Assembly: GCA_964387945.1 (NCBI GenBank)
Contig: CAYLYX010000003.1
Location: forward strand, 52,344 to 116,343
Direction: 5' to 3'
DNA: 64,000 nt
Source of the DNA: an uncultured Flavobacteriales bacterium
GTDB taxonomy: Bacteria > Bacteroidota > Bacteroidia > Flavobacteriales_D > Parvicellaceae
Below the pieces are notes generated by a model. It was not told the DNA's origin. It did no database searches and worked only from the letters and a program-made list of their open reading frames with translations. Below, piece after piece: positions 29,815-38,599 of the stretch. Position numbers and translations under genes: made by a program. The stretch's first letter is position 1. Each line of letters opens with the position of its first letter.

Positions 29815-30171
29815 ATGAGTGATTTAAAGCTAACAGGAAAGATTAAGGTAATCTACGATTTACAGACATGGGATTCAGGATTCTCAAAAAGAGAGTTTGT
29901 GGTAACCACGCAGGAGCAGTACCCTCAGGACGTGAAGTTTGAGGCAATTAAGGACAAAGCAGCCGCTTTGGATACAATTGCGGTAGGTGATGATGTAGAA
30001 GTTTCTTTTAACGTAAGAGGAAATGAATACAACGGAAAGTACTACGTGAATCTTCAAGCATGGAGAATACAGAAAGCCGCTGCTGGAGCACCAGCCACTC
30101 CTCCTATGCCAGAGAAACCTGATACAGCTATTGAATCGTTTGGTGAGGAAGAGGATGATCTTCCATTCTAA
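29815..30171 (+). CDS. DUF3127-family protein, OB-fold-like, with an SSB-type acidic C-terminal tip (EEEDDLPF).
   Basis: 118 aa: a ~75-aa compact domain, a Pro/Ala-rich linker (AAAGAPATPPMPEKPD) and an acidic tail ending DDLPF, reminiscent of the SSB C-terminal DDDIPF motif. Confidence 0.55.
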   Translation: MSDLKLTGKIKVIYDLQTWDSGFSKREFVVTTQEQYPQDVKFEAIKDKAAALDTIAVGDDVEVSFNVRGNEYNGKYYVNLQAWRIQKAAAGAPATPPMPEKPDTAIESFGEEEDDLPF

Positions 30172-30193
30172 GAGAAGAATAGAAGCAAGACTA

Positions 30194-30226
30194 AAGCCTT
30201 TGATTAGTATAATCGAAGGCTTTTTT
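30194..30226. terminator. Bidirectional rho-independent terminator between convergent genes.
   Basis: AAGCCTTTGATTAGTATAATCGAAGGCTT is a 13-bp stem with one G-U wobble, followed by TTTTTTATT. Confidence 0.6.
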
Positions 30227-30250
30227 ATTGGTCAAATGTTGGAGTGTAAT

Positions 30251-30865
30251 CTAAAACAACCCATGCAACTCCCCATCGATCATGTTAATGATCTTACCGA
30301 AGTCTTCTGGTGTGTCGTGGAAGGAGTTTTCATCGATATCAACGATAAGTACTTTTCCTTTGTCGTATGTAGAGATCCACGCCTCGTAACGTTCGTTCAG
30401 TCGCTTTAAGTAATCGATACGAATACTCTCTTCGTATTCTCTTCCTCTCTTCTGAATGTTCTGCACCAATTTCGGAACACTAGCTCTCAAATAAATCAAG
30501 AGATCTGGAGCAGAAATGAAGGACTCCAGAAGGTTAAACAACGAGAAGTAATTCTCAAAATCGCGCGTTGTCATTAACCCCATCGAATGAAGGTTAGGCG
30601 CAAAAATGAACGCATCTTCATAGATCGTTCGATCCTGAATGATGGTATTCTTACTTTCCTTGATTTCCTGAATCTGAGTGAAACGGCTATTTAGGTAGTA
30701 CACCTGAAGGTTAAACGCCCATCGCTGCATATCATCGTAGAAGTCCAAAAGATAAGGGTTGGTATCCACATCTTCATAATGGGTTTGCCATCCGTAATGC
30801 TTTGATAATAATTCTGTTAAGGTTGTTTTACCTGCTCCTATATTTCCACCGACAGCTATATGCAT
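30251..30865 (-). CDS. Deoxynucleoside kinase, copy 2.
   Basis: P-loop IAVGGNIGAGKTTL, an RSIYED-like ERS motif (QDRTIYED) and a LID region. Confidence 0.75.
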   Translation of the reverse strand: MHIAVGGNIGAGKTTLTELLSKHYGWQTHYEDVDTNPYLLDFYDDMQRWAFNLQVYYLNSRFTQIQEIKESKNTIIQDRTIYEDAFIFAPNLHSMGLMTTRDFENYFSLFNLLESFISAPDLLIYLRASVPKLVQNIQKRGREYEESIRIDYLKRLNERYEAWISTYDKGKVLIVDIDENSFHDTPEDFGKIINMIDGELHGLF

Positions 30866-30959
30866 CTTTCATCCAAATTTTAGAACTTCTAAGGTAAAAA
30901 TAATTCTGAAATCAAGATTGTAATGTGGAAAAAAATAGGACGTTCGCAGAGATATTCGG

Positions 30960-31766
30960 CTATTGATTCTCTAGAGAGATCAGCTGCGTTTTTTCGACAC
31001 CCTTCTTACCCAGATGATAAATAGAAGTCTCATCGATCCAAAGGATTTTGTTTGACTTGGGATAAGTGGTCTTTAGGGGTTCGCTAACGAAGTCCTTGAG
31101 GTGATAGACATAGGCTTCGTGTTCTTTGACATAAAGAATCTGGTTTTCAACGATGTTCCAAACAGCGATATCCGAAATCGGGATTTGCTTGTAGAAAGTG
31201 CCATACATATCAAAGATCAAAAAACCATTATTCGGACAATAAACGTACAAGTAGCCACTTTTTTCCACCATGCGCTCGGGGGTAAATTCTGCAAGGTTCA
31301 ACAACTGAAGTAAATTTCCAGTTTCGATTACCCGATCCAACGTTCGGTCTAACTTCACGATTTGTAATAACTCCTGATCATACACCCAAATACCATTATC
31401 AATCTTACTCGTAGCCACGCATTGAATCTGGAACATGCCCAGTTCTTCAAAAGAGATAATCTGTTGATTTTGTTTACTTAGGGTATTATCCGTAATGACC
31501 AGTTTTTGCACGTCTTTGTAAAAAACCAAAGGGCGCAACGGATTGGTTAGATCCAGTTGGTCTATATTTCCAAGGAGCTTATTGCTGTATCGAAACTCTT
31601 CATCCGTGGCCGCTGTAATTTTTACAATTTCTTGATCTGAAATGGAATAAGTGTTTCCCTGAAGATCAACTTGGTATTGCTGAATAGCTTGCCCAGAAAG
31701 ATCAGTTGACAATGCCAGACACCACAGGAGCACCAGCCAGAATTTCTTCTGCAAAGCTCCGATCAT
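30960..31766 (-). CDS. Hypothetical secreted protein.
   Basis: Signal peptide MIGALQKKFWLVLLWCLALS. Overlaps the 3' end of the upstream GH3-family gene by about 65 nt. Confidence 0.4.
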   Translation of the reverse strand: MIGALQKKFWLVLLWCLALSTDLSGQAIQQYQVDLQGNTYSISDQEIVKITAATDEEFRYSNKLLGNIDQLDLTNPLRPLVFYKDVQKLVITDNTLSKQNQQIISFEELGMFQIQCVATSKIDNGIWVYDQELLQIVKLDRTLDRVIETGNLLQLLNLAEFTPERMVEKSGYLYVYCPNNGFLIFDMYGTFYKQIPISDIAVWNIVENQILYVKEHEAYVYHLKDFVSEPLKTTYPKSNKILWIDETSIYHLGKKGVEKTQLISLENQ

Positions 31767-33237
31767 TGCGCAAGCGCGGTATTTTGTTTTGCCCTCCAAG
31801 TTTGTTTTTTGCTTTTAACCAAGCATAGAATGTGCCATTTTTCATTACTCTTACCAATGGCTTCTGTAAAGATAAGTCATTCGACCGTTTGGCAGCGTAA
31901 TCGCTATTTACTTTTTGCAAGTTAACGTCCAGATGCTCAGAAAATTGCTGCAAAGAGACGGGAGGAACATCAAATTCTATAAGCCATTCATGTCGACCAG
32001 AAGATTCTCGCGTCATGAATATCGGACAAACGGTATAATCGTTCACACTGCAGTTTAATGTTTCACAGGTCATGGACAGTGCTTGCTCAACGTTATCAAT
32101 CATCAATTCTTCACCAAAGGCGTTGATGTATTGCGCTGTCCTTCCCACTACTTTAAATCGAAAAGGCGATGTTTCGGTAAACGAGATAACATCCCCTATA
32201 CGGTAGCGCCACAAACCGGCATTGGTAGTGATAACGAGTTCGTAAGGTTTGTCAATCTCCACTTCATTAAGCAATAGGGTCTGAGGATGATCTTTGTGCC
32301 ATTCTGATTTAGGAATAAATTCATAGAATACACCGTAGTCCAGCATGAGTAACATATCATCGCTTTTGACTTGGTCCTGAATGCCAAAGAATCCTTCACT
32401 AGCATTGTAGGTTTGCACATAATTCATCTTTTGATTGGGCATGATCTGAGCAAACTGCTGCTGGTAAGGCGTGAAATTTAGTCCTCCGTGCATGTAGAGC
32501 TCTAAGTTGGGCCAGATGTCGAAGATATTATTGGTGCCATTTTCTTCCAGAATTCTTTTCAGTAGAACTAGCGTCCAGGAAGGAACCCCCGCCAAAATTC
32601 GCACATCATCTTTTACAGTTTCCTTGGCCATTCTGGATAGTTTTTCTTCCCACTGACTCAGAAGCGCTGTCTCTTTACTGGGAGTTCTTCTCCATTCACA
32701 CCACCAGGGTAAGTTCTTTACAATGATGGCCGATAAATCTCCAAAGTAAGATTTCTGATTGAGATAATTGATCTCCGAACTTCCTCCCACGATGAGGTGC
32801 TTGCCAGTAAACAGCTTGGTTTCGGGATGATTACTGTAATAAAGCCCAAGTAAATCCTTCCCTCCTTTGTAATGACAGTCTTGGAGAGATTCACGACTTA
32901 CAGGAATCAGCTTACTTCTTTGGTTGGTTGTTCCAGAGGACTTAGCAAACCAAAGAATCTCACCCGGCCAGAGCACATTTTGCTCTCCGTTTTTTAGTTG
33001 CTCAATATAGGGGAAAACGGCATCATAATTCTGAAGCGGTAGGTGTTTCTGAAAATCCTTAACCGAACGAATTTTGTCAAAAGAAAATTGCGTACCGTAC
33101 AGCGTATGAGCAGCAGTTTCTACAAGGTTGTTCAACAATTCGCGCTGAACTTCAGAAGGATGTTTTTTGAATAATTCAATTTGGTGTACACGCTTCTTGA
33201 TTAACCACGAAAAGATCGAGTTAAAGGGTGCACCCAT
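31702..33237 (-). CDS. GH3-family (auxin-responsive-promoter-type) adenylating enzyme homologue.
   Basis: 511 aa. The N-terminus FNSIFSWLIKKRVHQIELFKKHPSEVQRELLNNLVETAAHTLYG matches bacterial GH3-family proteins. An SSGTT-like motif (KSSGTTNQRSK) suggests an adenylation site. Confidence 0.65.
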   Translation of the reverse strand: MGAPFNSIFSWLIKKRVHQIELFKKHPSEVQRELLNNLVETAAHTLYGTQFSFDKIRSVKDFQKHLPLQNYDAVFPYIEQLKNGEQNVLWPGEILWFAKSSGTTNQRSKLIPVSRESLQDCHYKGGKDLLGLYYSNHPETKLFTGKHLIVGGSSEINYLNQKSYFGDLSAIIVKNLPWWCEWRRTPSKETALLSQWEEKLSRMAKETVKDDVRILAGVPSWTLVLLKRILEENGTNNIFDIWPNLELYMHGGLNFTPYQQQFAQIMPNQKMNYVQTYNASEGFFGIQDQVKSDDMLLMLDYGVFYEFIPKSEWHKDHPQTLLLNEVEIDKPYELVITTNAGLWRYRIGDVISFTETSPFRFKVVGRTAQYINAFGEELMIDNVEQALSMTCETLNCSVNDYTVCPIFMTRESSGRHEWLIEFDVPPVSLQQFSEHLDVNLQKVNSDYAAKRSNDLSLQKPLVRVMKNGTFYAWLKAKNKLGGQNKIPRLRNDRSFAEEILAGAPVVSGIVN

Positions 33238-33261
33238 CTGTCAAAAATGACGCAATACGGA

Positions 33262-33360
33262 TTAACCGAAGATTACGATTCCGAAAATGATCAACAATAC
33301 AAGCCCTACGTAGATATATCCAACACCTCCTGTACTACCGTGAAAATTTTTGTCTGCCAT
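33262..33360 (-). CDS. Unannotated 32-codon small ORF encoding a hydrophobic peptide, just upstream of and co-directional with the GH3 gene.
   Basis: Reverse complement gives ATG...MADKNFHGSTGGVGYIYVGLVLLIIFGIVIFG-stop. A single TM helix is predicted. It is too short to appear in the 60-aa ORF track. Confidence 0.3.
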   Translation of the reverse strand: MADKNFHGSTGGVGYIYVGLVLLIIFGIVIFG

Positions 33361-33399
33361 TGTGAATTACTTTTTTACAAAAATACTAAATTGCCTCGT

Positions 33400-34678
33400 A
33401 TGAAAAATAGAATTATCGCATTTTTTGCAAGCAGTTTGGCAATTTGGAATGTTTCTGCGCAGACAGGATGGACCTGGACAGAGTTGTCATCCATGCCTGA
33501 AAAAGTCAGTAACAATGCCGTTGTTGAAGGGTTCATTGGAAACGATGCCTACGTATATTCTTTTGCAGGGATAGATACAACCAAAGTGTATAGTGGGATT
33601 AATCTTGGTGCTTATCGCTACGATGTAACCAACGATCTTTGGACTACTTTACCAGCCCTTCCAGATACAATGGGTAAGAGACAAACTTTATATCATTGGA
33701 GGTTATCATGTTTTACAAGGTGGAGGAGAAGTGTCTTCTGACAAAGTGCATGTCTTTAACGTTACCACCAATAGTTATGAACCTGACGGAGCTCCTATTC
33801 CTGTGCCCATTGACGATCAAGTGCAGTGCGCTTACAAAGACAGTTTGATTTACGTTATTACTGGCTGGAGTAACACCACCAACGTGCCCGATGTACAGAT
33901 TTATGATCCGGCTTTGAATCAATGGTCAGTGGGTACATCTGTGCCAAATGATAATTTCTTCAAGGCTTTCGGAGCTTCAGGAGTAATCATTGGAGATACC
34001 ATCTTTTATAACGGTGGCGTGCGTGGTGGATTCAACTTTTCGGCCGTTCGATTTACTCGAAAAGGGATTATTGACCCGCAAGATCCAACCCAAATCAATT
34101 GGACGCAAATTTCAGATAGTCCGGGAGCAACGGGATATCGCATGGCATGTTCCAGCTATGAAAATAAGGCCTTCTGGCTGGGAGGAGGAGGAGTTGCTTA
34201 CAACTACAACGGTGTGGCCTACTCAGGTGGCGTTGGCGTAGAACCACTCGATCGAATCTTACAATACGATGCGGCAACCCAACTTTGGGATGAAGGATTA
34301 GGAACTCCGTTTGAGGTGATGGATTTAAGAGGAATTGCCAAAGTGTCGGATACCGAGTGGATAGTATGCGGAGGCATGGAACCTGGGCAGCAAGTAAGTG
34401 ATAAAACCTATTTGATCACCTATGATCCCATTATCGGAGGTTTGACGGAGTCTGATTGGGAGACGATCACCGTGAGTCCAAACCCTGCGGAGCACGAATT
34501 AACCGTTGAGGTGGGAACAGAATTGGCTACGTTTCAAGTCATTGATTTGTCTGGCAGGTTGATGATACAAGGACAGACCCATGGGAGTATTCATGTTTCC
34601 CAACTTCCAGTTGGGCTTTATATTTTGACATTAGAGCAAGGAGGTCAGTTTTTTAGGAGTAAATTTGAAAAAAAGTAG
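33400..34678 (+). pseudogene. Kelch-repeat T9SS cargo gene with a type-A C-terminal sorting domain, disrupted by a -1 frameshift near 33679-33682.
   Basis: Track ORFs 33247-33741 and 33731-34678 are the same gene in two frames. The upstream frame reads ...LPALPDTMGKR, and the +1 frame continues DKLYIIGGYHVLQGGGEVSSDKVHVFN into the second ORF. The first ORF's signal peptide begins at the ATG at 33400. The C-terminal segment SPNPAEHELTVEV...GLYILTLEQGGQ is a T9SS CTD. Confidence 0.6.
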
Positions 34679-34680
34679 CC

Positions 34681-35325
34681 ATGAATTTTTTACCAGATGA
34701 GATAGATAGATATGCCGTGAGTCATACTTCCAAGGAGTCGGACTTATTGTATAAACTGAATCGAGAAACCAATATGAAAGTATTGCAACCCAGAATGTTG
34801 TCTGGACATTTGCAAGGAAGGGTGTTGAGCATGCTATCCAATATGATACAACCAGAGTTTATACTAGAAATTGGAACGTACACTGGCTATAGTGCATTGT
34901 GCATGGCAGAAGGTCTTGCACTGGGAGGAAGTATACTATCGGTTGAGATTGATCCAGAAATAGCAGAATTTGCAAAAGACTTCATTGGAGCTTCTGAGCA
35001 CGCGAGTAAAATTGACGTGAAGGTCGGTAACGCCATGGAGTTGATTGCTGAGGTTGAAAGATCCATTGATCTTGTGTTTATTGATGCAGACAAATCGAAT
35101 TACCTTAACTATCTAGAGTTGGTTTACCCCAAACTAAACGTGGGAGGTTATGTCATTGCAGATAACGTGCTTTGGAGTGGAAAAGTAGTGGAGGAAGCTG
35201 CTGAGAAAGATATAGATACGAAAGTGCTTCAGGAATTTAATCGAACGATTCAGGAAGATGAGCGCTTCGAGAACGTATTGATGCCTGTGCGTGATGGGTT
35301 AATGGTGGCTCGTAAATTGAAGTGA
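34681..35325 (+). CDS. Class I SAM-dependent O-methyltransferase (family 3, caffeoyl-CoA OMT-like).
   Basis: LEIGTYTGYSALCMAE (motif I) and VFIDADKSNYLNY motifs. 214 aa. Confidence 0.75.
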   Translation: MNFLPDEIDRYAVSHTSKESDLLYKLNRETNMKVLQPRMLSGHLQGRVLSMLSNMIQPEFILEIGTYTGYSALCMAEGLALGGSILSVEIDPEIAEFAKDFIGASEHASKIDVKVGNAMELIAEVERSIDLVFIDADKSNYLNYLELVYPKLNVGGYVIADNVLWSGKVVEEAAEKDIDTKVLQEFNRTIQEDERFENVLMPVRDGLMVARKLK

Positions 35326-36789
35326 TCAATTTCTTCCACCAATTTGGACATTCGACTTGGGTTCTAATTTCTTCATTAAGTAAAAGAAGGATTCGTCAAT
35401 CGACTTATAAACCCCATTGGGAGAAGGCGATAGGGCAGGAGATTGCTTAAGCTTCCCTTGATCATCAATGAGGAAGTACACAGGAACGTTTCTTAGGTTG
35501 TAATCATCTAATATTTTAGCGTCACCATTGTAGTGTCCGAAGTGCCAGTTCATACCATTTGTGCTGTGCTCCAGAAAGTCGCGGTAAGCCTTGGGGTCCG
35601 CATCCAATGAGATACTCACAAAAGTCACGTACTTGCTGTACTTTTCGTTTAATTTCTTCATGATGAGCATTTCCTGAACGCTTTGTTTATTCCAGCTTGC
35701 CCAAAATTGCAGATACACATGTTTTCCTCTGAGTGACCTTAGGTTGACCGTTTCTCCATTTTTTTCCTCCCATGAGAAGAGTGGAGCATCTGAACCTACG
35801 ATCAGTTTATTTTGAAACTCAAGTACATTTTTGGCCATTTTTGCATGCTTCTCAGAAACTGGATCAGCGACAATTTTTCTGAGGATAATCTGCATATTCT
35901 CCCGATCAAAGAAGGTGGTGTGATAGCCCTCGAGTAAACCATTGACCATGATGAATTCACGAAATTCGTCATTCTTCAAATAGTAATGTGCGCTCATTGC
36001 CTCATCCAGAGCAGAACGGGAAGCAAGGTTGTTAATGGCAAAAACAATTTTGTCTCGATCAAATAAAATTACATCAGACAAAGCATCTGAGTAGAAGTCT
36101 TTAATAAATGCCATATAGGCATCGTTGTGGTACAAAATAGGATTGCCTTTGATGAACGTTTCAAAGACGACATACTTGTTCTTTGCGGGCTCGGTACGAT
36201 CACTAAACAAAGCAACAGAAGCAATGCTGTACTTAAAATAATCCTTGAAATAAGGGTTGTCAATATCCTTGTAGATTTTGAAGGTCTTAGAGGTGAAATT
36301 TGCCAAGGAGTCTTGAAACACTTTGCTTTGCGATGCGGTGAGCATAATTCGTGCTGTATCTCCATACAAGAAGTAGTCAAAGCGTAAGTTAAACTCAAGT
36401 ATCAGCGTGTTCAAATCGTCTTTTGGCAGTTTATCAAAAATTAGTCGAACCGTATTTCCATTAAGTTTTTGAACATTTTCAACTTCCTGCGGAAAACTTA
36501 CGTTGTAAGATGGAGTATTCGGATCTAAGTAGATAACTCCAGATTTGTCTTGAATCTGAATCAATGCTTTCATCCCCTTCTTAGGGTCGGCTTCAAATGT
36601 TATGTGCCCTTCTTCATCCACGATTCCACGATCGAGAATCTTGTATTCATACGAGATGTAATCCTCAAACGTAACGAGAGAAGCGATTTGTCCCTTAAAA
36701 GAAGGGGCATAACAATTGATGGTTTGCTGAGCGTAAACACTACCAACCACAAACAACACAACAACAATATGTACAATTTTTCTAATCAA
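35326..36789 (-). CDS. Secreted protein with a C-terminal thioredoxin-fold (TlpA/AhpC-like) domain that lacks the CxxC active site.
   Basis: Signal peptide. The C-terminal domain (VNLRSLRGKHVYLQFWASWNKQSVQEM...VSISLDAD) aligns to the TlpA-family WASWCxPC motif, but with N and S in place of both cysteines. Confidence 0.6.
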   Translation of the reverse strand: MIRKIVHIVVVLFVVGSVYAQQTINCYAPSFKGQIASLVTFEDYISYEYKILDRGIVDEEGHITFEADPKKGMKALIQIQDKSGVIYLDPNTPSYNVSFPQEVENVQKLNGNTVRLIFDKLPKDDLNTLILEFNLRFDYFLYGDTARIMLTASQSKVFQDSLANFTSKTFKIYKDIDNPYFKDYFKYSIASVALFSDRTEPAKNKYVVFETFIKGNPILYHNDAYMAFIKDFYSDALSDVILFDRDKIVFAINNLASRSALDEAMSAHYYLKNDEFREFIMVNGLLEGYHTTFFDRENMQIILRKIVADPVSEKHAKMAKNVLEFQNKLIVGSDAPLFSWEEKNGETVNLRSLRGKHVYLQFWASWNKQSVQEMLIMKKLNEKYSKYVTFVSISLDADPKAYRDFLEHSTNGMNWHFGHYNGDAKILDDYNLRNVPVYFLIDDQGKLKQSPALSPSPNGVYKSIDESFFYLMKKLEPKSNVQIGGRN

Positions 36790-36795
36790 ATCTAC

Positions 36796-37254
36796 TTACA
36801 ACTTTAATCCAGGTGGCAAAAACCGCTCCACATTTCCTTCATTTCGAATTAACTCCCGTACAATCGAGGATGAAATACAACTCATTTCAGCATCCGTGAT
36901 CAAAAATACCGTTTCTATTTCAGGGTGTAATTTGCGATTCATTTCTGCAATTGGCTTTTCGTATTCAAAGTCAATGTTATTTCTCAAACCCCGCACCAAA
37001 AACTTAGCATCCACCGTTTTACAAAAATCCACTGTTAACCCTTCAAAAGCGGCAATTTCGACCTTCTCGTACGCTTCAAAGCTCTTGGCGGCTAGCTCAA
37101 ACCTCTTATCGGCATCAAAAAGGTATTTCTTGCTCGTATTCGTTCCTACTGCAACGTAGAGTTTATCAAATAAAGGAAGCGCTTTTTCAACGATAGAAAA
37201 ATGTCCCAATGTGATCGGGTCAAATGACCCAGCGAAAACTGCAATTCTTGACAT
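36796..37254 (-). CDS. coaD: Phosphopantetheine adenylyltransferase.
   Basis: MSRIAVFAGSFDPITLGHFSIVEKA carries the (T/H)xGH nucleotidyltransferase motif. 152 aa. Confidence 0.85.
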   Translation of the reverse strand: MSRIAVFAGSFDPITLGHFSIVEKALPLFDKLYVAVGTNTSKKYLFDADKRFELAAKSFEAYEKVEIAAFEGLTVDFCKTVDAKFLVRGLRNNIDFEYEKPIAEMNRKLHPEIETVFLITDAEMSCISSSIVRELIRNEGNVERFLPPGLKL

Positions 37255-37332
37255 GCCTTTTGTTTTGTGCTTATTTAACTTAGAAAAGGGAATAAAGTTA
37301 CAAGTTTCTTCGGTTGATTCCAGAAGTGCCTG

Positions 37333-37860
37333 CTACTCGAAAAAGGAGAAATTCACCCTGCTGTACGTTCGATGGTCAACTCGTCTGGGATGATTTGAAA
37401 AATCCGTTTCCTGACCATGCTCTATGATAAGCAGCCCGTGCGGTTCTAACCAGCTGTTTTCAAAGATCAAATCTGGAATAAGTTCAAGGTTCTTTAATGC
37501 ATAAGGTGGATCGGCAAAAATAAGCGGATAGCTATTTCCTCCTCGTTTCAAGAATTTAAAAACATCTGCCTTTACGCATTTAATGTTCATCTCATTTTCT
37601 CGTGCAAACGAATTGATGAACTTGTAGCTACTCAATGCCATATCTACGGCCGTAACGCGGTCGGCTCCTCTTGAGATAAGTTCGTAGCTAATGTTACCCG
37701 TTCCAGCAAAAAGATCGAGGACATCGTCACCGTGAAAATCAAATTTATGTTCGAGAATGTTAAAGAGACTCTCTTTGGCAAAGTCTGTCGTAGGTCTTGC
37801 TCTGATACTTTTGGGGGCAACGACTTTCTTGCCTTTAAACTTGCCACTAATTATTCGCAT
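37333..37860 (-). CDS. rsmD: 16S rRNA (guanine966-N2)-methyltransferase.
   Basis: MRIISGKFKGKKVVAPKSIRARPTTDFAKESLFNIL...DLFAGTGNISYE...FADPPY. Confidence 0.8.
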   Translation of the reverse strand: MRIISGKFKGKKVVAPKSIRARPTTDFAKESLFNILEHKFDFHGDDVLDLFAGTGNISYELISRGADRVTAVDMALSSYKFINSFARENEMNIKCVKADVFKFLKRGGNSYPLIFADPPYALKNLELIPDLIFENSWLEPHGLLIIEHGQETDFSNHPRRVDHRTYSRVNFSFFE

Positions 37861-38581
37861 AGTGGTCTGTAGTTAATTGCGCAATTCCTTGATAAGGAGG
37901 TTCAATATCCTTCAAACAGCTCAGCTTTACATTTCGGATGTAAACGGATAGATGCTTTTCGGTTTCGGCATGTTTTTCTGGGAACTTGCCATAACAATTC
38001 AAAGGCACTTCTTCTTGAGATAGCCCTAATTCTTGATAAATCAATAAGAGGTAGTACAGTACTTCTTCATCTGTTTTTATATCAAAAGTGTTACATAATT
38101 TGATCTCACGATCCATATGAACAGCAATGAAAACTCTATTCGCAAAGATGAGAAGGTGAACTCCATTTGTTTTGCAAATCGATAGAAGTAGCTCTAAAAC
38201 GTGATGTTTTGAAACGGAAGGAATGGCATGGGAAACTGCAAAATCGGCAACCGTTTGCGTTTGAAACTGAATTTGTATGCCATGAGCTTCATCAAAACGC
38301 TTGTAGACTTTTTGCTGAGGAGTCCAGTTCATGAAAGTGATCAATGCCTCATCGTTTAGCATTTCATCTGAAAATGTGGGTAGGAGGTTGTAGGAGGTTC
38401 CTAAGTCAAAATAATGAGCTTCTTCTTTTTGAGAAGAGAGTTCTTGTTGCGTGAGTAATTCTGCCTTGTCAATGCCTTTGGAATTGAGTGAAATGGCCAA
38501 GAACTTCTCCTTAAGAGGAAATAGAAAAACCTTACCCCCACCTTCAGAATTTGCGGAAGAAGAGGATTGATAGATAGTCAT
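37847..38581 (-). CDS. DUF3822-family protein.
   Basis: 244 aa. The conserved DUF3822-rsmD-coaD arrangement is typical in Bacteroidota, with a 14-nt overlap with rsmD. Confidence 0.45.
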   Translation of the reverse strand: MTIYQSSSSANSEGGGKVFLFPLKEKFLAISLNSKGIDKAELLTQQELSSQKEEAHYFDLGTSYNLLPTFSDEMLNDEALITFMNWTPQQKVYKRFDEAHGIQIQFQTQTVADFAVSHAIPSVSKHHVLELLLSICKTNGVHLLIFANRVFIAVHMDREIKLCNTFDIKTDEEVLYYLLLIYQELGLSQEEVPLNCYGKFPEKHAETEKHLSVYIRNVKLSCLKDIEPPYQGIAQLTTDHYANN

Positions 38582-38599
38582 GAAAAGGTAGGAATAATA

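Noticed and set aside
33247-33399. N-terminal 51-aa extension of the Kelch gene as given in the ORF track (MTQYGLTEDYDSENDQQYKPYVDISNTSCTTVKIFVCHCELLFYKNTKLPR)
   Set aside because: A clean signal peptide begins at the ATG at 33400. The extension overlaps the divergent micro-ORF and GH3 upstream region and is most likely non-coding.
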